Source of the DNA: Marsupella aquatica
Taxonomy: Eukaryota; Plantae; Marchantiophyta
Direction of reading: 5' to 3'
Length of the DNA stretch: 64,000 nucleotides
NCBI GenBank assembly: GCA_973895155.1
Contig: OZ316894.1
Coordinates: 8,580,234 to 8,644,233, forward strand
Below, piece after piece: positions 60,400-64,000 of this stretch. Each line of letters opens with the position of its first letter. Position 1 is the first letter of the stretch. A model generated the notes under the pieces. The model was given only the letters and a program-made list of their open reading frames with translations. It was not told the origin of the DNA and ran no database searches. The position numbers were made by a program, and so were the translations under genes.

Positions 60400-63320
60400 G
60401 CCTTCAAGATAATTGAGTTGCATACAGTCGAGTTGATAGAAGACTCTTGTGTGCTACAATCTTGACAGTAACTAGGTCTAAGAGTTTGGTCTCATTCTCT
60501 GAAGTACTAATGCCGATAGAACCCATGCATGCTGGATGTGAAGTCTTGGACCAAGCGATGGCGGACATGAGTGGGGGGTATGCAGGTGAGTGAGAGGATG
60601 GGAAAGGACATTCCAAGACAGCCGGCAGAGCAATAACCAAAGTTGAAGAGCACTGAAGACTCTGATTTCTGTTAGTTGATGAGTTGATTGTTGGTGAGGA
60701 TATGGATGTAGACAGTCCTGATCTATCAAATGTTTTTGATGAGTTATCCAGAGAGAGTGCAACACTCAATATCGTCACTGTTCTTGCCGAGAATCGTGTA
60801 AACATTCCTGACAATAAATAGATTGAGAACACAGGGGCAATGAAGGTATGCATGCCAGGGCTGCGGGCGCTCCCTGGCCCTGGTTTAGCATATGCAGGGA
60901 AAGGAAATTCCCGATCATAAAGGACCGACATCTCAAGGGACCAAAGTCAAGGTCCAACAACATTCCCCTATACTATTAATCTCAAATCTTACAAGATCCA
61001 AATTGCAATGCGAAAGTAATTAGAATTTTTCTTGCAAGCAGCAAGAGTCAAAGCAATAATGTCAAGGTCAAGCACAACAAATCACTCAATGCCAATGAGA
61101 CACATATTTTGAGCTAAAACATTACAAGCTGCGGCTAGTTTTCCTCTGTTGAAGTAGTCAACTTATTTTTGGCAAATGGCTGTAAAATATTATGAGCTAT
61201 GGCAAAATTTCCTATGTTGACAACGACAGCTTGTTTTATGCAAATAGCAAGGGCCAGGAGTGAAGTCAATGTTGGGTGCTACGAGTAACACCCTAGCCGA
61301 TGCAGCAGAACTTTTCAAGAAAGGCTTATGAATAAAGTAATACTCACTTTCAACCGCTTCTTGCTTAGTCCTTCCTTTGCGCTTTTTTTGAGTGCAACAA
61401 TGACAACCATCCAGGTTTTTGCAAATGCTGGATGAGAGTTTATATTGAAGTCTCTCTTAACTAGATTTGTCTGTTCTGTCAAAGACCTGATATCACTCGC
61501 TCTTCTGATGATCCGATTGAATCCATTACACATGTTCATTAGCGTGGATGAGGGATAAGGTGTCCCATCCACCTAGCTTAACAACTCTAGAAAACAGGTT
61601 ACTCAATAACTCATCGAGTTGCCTCAACGGCAAGTCTCCTAAAGCTATAGACATGTCCCAACCTAACCCTTTCCTCAGGTCGTTAGCTCGCTTCGAGGCC
61701 CACTTATCATTGTTCTCTGAAGAAAGTCTCTCCTTTTCGTACGTCTTAGCTTGTAGTCCTTTGGGAATGGCACTTGCTGTTATTGTTTTTATCTGATATA
61801 TTTTTAATCTGACTTATAATCTATCTACTGTGATGATGAGCCCTCGGGGGTCTCACTACATGAAGGCCTCCCCATCACCTGCGACGTTTTTAGACCTCGG
61901 ATCCCCTAAAATGTAAGACAAAAAATTAATTTTTTCAACCTCTATAAAGTTGGAATATTCTTGAAATATTCCAAAAATTTGGTTAGAAGTACCCTAATGT
62001 TCTTATAAGTATCAAAATTTGATTTAAATGACCCTATTGTTCTTCTGAAAAAATTCTTAAGTCTTCCATTTAAACCAATAAAATGGTCATATCCTTCGTT
62101 GCACGTGATGTGCTAGTTTTGTGGAAATGAAACCCCCGAGGATGAGCCAACAGACAAATTTGGATCAATGGGACAACGTAGGAAGTTTTTGTAACGGTGA
62201 GCAAGCCATCTGGTTCATCTTGCAGTAATGTTAATTTTCCCGGTTCTGTACAAGGCCAAAGCATATATAGTTTGGATTCTTATAAACTTTCGGTTGTGTT
62301 TTGTTGCAATTGGAAATACTAACAGAAGAACACAATAGAGCAATTTTGGCAGGTATCAACCATCAAGTGACATCAAGCCATGGATGCCAAAATATTTGGC
62401 ATTTTTTTTCTTGTCAGGGTCGTATTCGTGGAGGCATGGAATTGTGGAATTTGCATAGAGATGATATTACTGTCTGAACTGATAGGTCTGTGAAGTGAGT
62501 GCTCGATTGAAACCGTGACTGAGTTCAATTGTTTGATGTGCCAAACTCCTATTATTTGTCCACTTTCCCAAGACCAGCCTTGTAAGACGTTCCCTGTAAT
62601 AGAGCCTGTCCACTGGATAATGCAACCTGCACACCGGTAATGCAACCTGCAGCTCACGTGTTTTGATCTGGTTTGCCCACTATTTCTAAGATTTTTACTG
62701 ATTTTTGTGTAGCAGATTTGAGGAGCAATTAACTAAGTAAGAACAACAACTATAGCATAGATTGTTACAGTGAAGAGCAATTCAAAAATGTTTCTCATAG
62801 TTACAAAGATGATTTTGTGATGACAGTAACACAATATAAGCGTCATCTGCCATGTCTTGAGGAGACAAAGAAGCCTAATTTTGTTTATGCAAGTTATAAC
62901 CATGTTAGCATTGTGTGGTAAAATAAGTATCAAAAAGTTGGGAAGGGGGCTGCCTAAGGTTGGCTGAAGAACATCGCCTTACTTGTTGGACTGCCCCCTG
63001 AGATTTTTACAAACCAAAGTGGGAGGGCGACATTAGTGATGCCCATGGCTGCCAAAGGAGTGTCTGACAAGGTAGGCATGGCCATAACTGGTCATCGCAG
63101 TACTGGAGGGTACAAGAGATACGACATAACTCAAAAATTGAAAATGGAAGCTACAACCTTAGTCTCCTCAAGTCTGAATCTGGATTATGGACAGGCACTA
63201 GCTCACGTGTCAAAATCATTCGTGGAGGAGTTAGTCGGTTCCTCTACAACTTTGAAACCCTTGATTGATAGGGTGAGCGAGATATTCAACTTGCAGTTGG
63301 CGTTGCAAAATGGAGCACAG
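60400..63320 (+). pseudogene. Decayed intron-containing Crypton-like (DUF3504-type) tyrosine recombinase, with exon 61792-61348 on the opposite strand
   Basis: Minus-strand exon: NDKWAS..LDELLSNLFSRVVK/DGTPYPSSTL..GFNR..FNINSHPAF..LKKSAKEG. Plus-strand exons: LEILTEE..IWHF..RIRGGMELWNLHRDD (62421); W*NKYQKVG..IALLVGL..FTNQSGRAT (63009); GVSDKVGMAITGHRSTGGYKRY (63120). Contains stops and frameshifts; the left boundary is approximate. Confidence 0.75.
61843..62140 (+). mobile_element. MITE (298 bp) with 8-bp TSD, nested in an intron of the Crypton-like gene
   Basis: TIRs CTCGGGGGTCTCA / TGAAACCCCCGAG; exact TSD GATGAGCC (61835-61842, 62141-62148). Confidence 0.85.
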
Positions 63321-64000
63321 GTGAGTACTGGATTTGCAATTTGTCAATTCAGTTCATGATTGAGTTGAATTTGTAATAATCTGTTTTTTTTCTTGGATTA
63401 TAGGGATTGAACACAGCACAAGAGCAAGAGTTGGCAATAATGAAGAACAACCAGGTGAGACACTCGAAATGAAATCGCCTGGTAGAGCAACGAAATCGCC
63501 CGGTGGAGCATTTTAGTTAATTTTGCACATTTGGCTGTTCTCAGGAGTCAAACTCAAATGCTGTGAAGGTGTTGCAGGCAAAGTGGGACGAGTAACCAAA
63601 TTCCTTAGTATGATGATGGTTTGACTACAAGAGCAAATTTGCCAAGGATCCGATCCTTCACAAATGAATGTGCGGGGGCGGGGGGGGGGGGCATTTAAAA
63701 GGCCTAATGTGTTTGTGAAGAACAGCTTGACAGGGAACCAATTTCACAATTGTTTTGTCACAATCAAGATCGTGCAGCCTACTAAGGAGGAGGAGGAGGA
63801 GGAGGAGAATATGGCGTTATGAATTTAGATTTTGGTAGTGAAGAAGTTAGATAAGATAGTTTTGGCAATAAAACTTTAGGATTAGCTCAGCAGAAAGATC
63901 ATGAATCTACATACATTTTCTTTCAACTATAATAGACCAGACAGATGAGTCATGTATGACATGTCACTACAATTTAAACTATGGCAATGAGGCCTACAAA

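Noticed and set aside
60404-60931. 175-aa minus-strand ORF as a gene
   Set aside because: Looks like the antisense shadow of the decayed plus-strand exon, which has TGA/TAG stops and a splice donor.
61854-61860. CACTACA as a CACTA transposon end
   Set aside because: It lies within the MITE terminus, and no matching TAGTG end with a 3-bp TSD was found.
60995-62166. 10-bp inverted repeat GATCCAAATT as the inversion site
   Set aside because: Plausible by chance in AT-rich DNA, and it lies inside the region whose composition already looks inverted.

Overview
Eukaryotic plant nuclear DNA, most likely a non-seed plant or bryophyte (inferred from gene style only). Host genes: RD2-like universal stress protein (-, 5 exons), intronless Maf/ASMTL-type NTP pyrophosphatase (+), 2OG-Fe(II) dioxygenase with a transit-peptide-like extension (-), AFC/LAMMER kinase (-), an MGNC-starting LURP-one/tubby-like protein (+) and Mago nashi (-). 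Mobile DNA: a very young full-length Tnt1/Tork-like Ty1/copia element (14697-21299), a truncated relative with a different U3, a decayed Bianca-type copia (46049-51888), a pogo-like non-autonomous transposon and three MITEs. Four things stand out. (1) The young copia has gag and pol in the same frame, split by a single UGA followed by a candidate H-type pseudoknot, suggesting programmed readthrough. (2) A decayed, intron-containing Crypton-like (DUF3504-type) tyrosine recombinase gene lies at about 60.4-63.3 kb, with one internal exon inverted. (3) A ~300-bp-period tandem array of tRNA-like units keeps acceptor and T arms but has no canonical D or anticodon arm. (4) The LTR U3 carries a 10x18-bp GTAC/ACCTAAC/CACGT array aimed at the stress gene. 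All calls were made by eye; no searches or folding programs were run.
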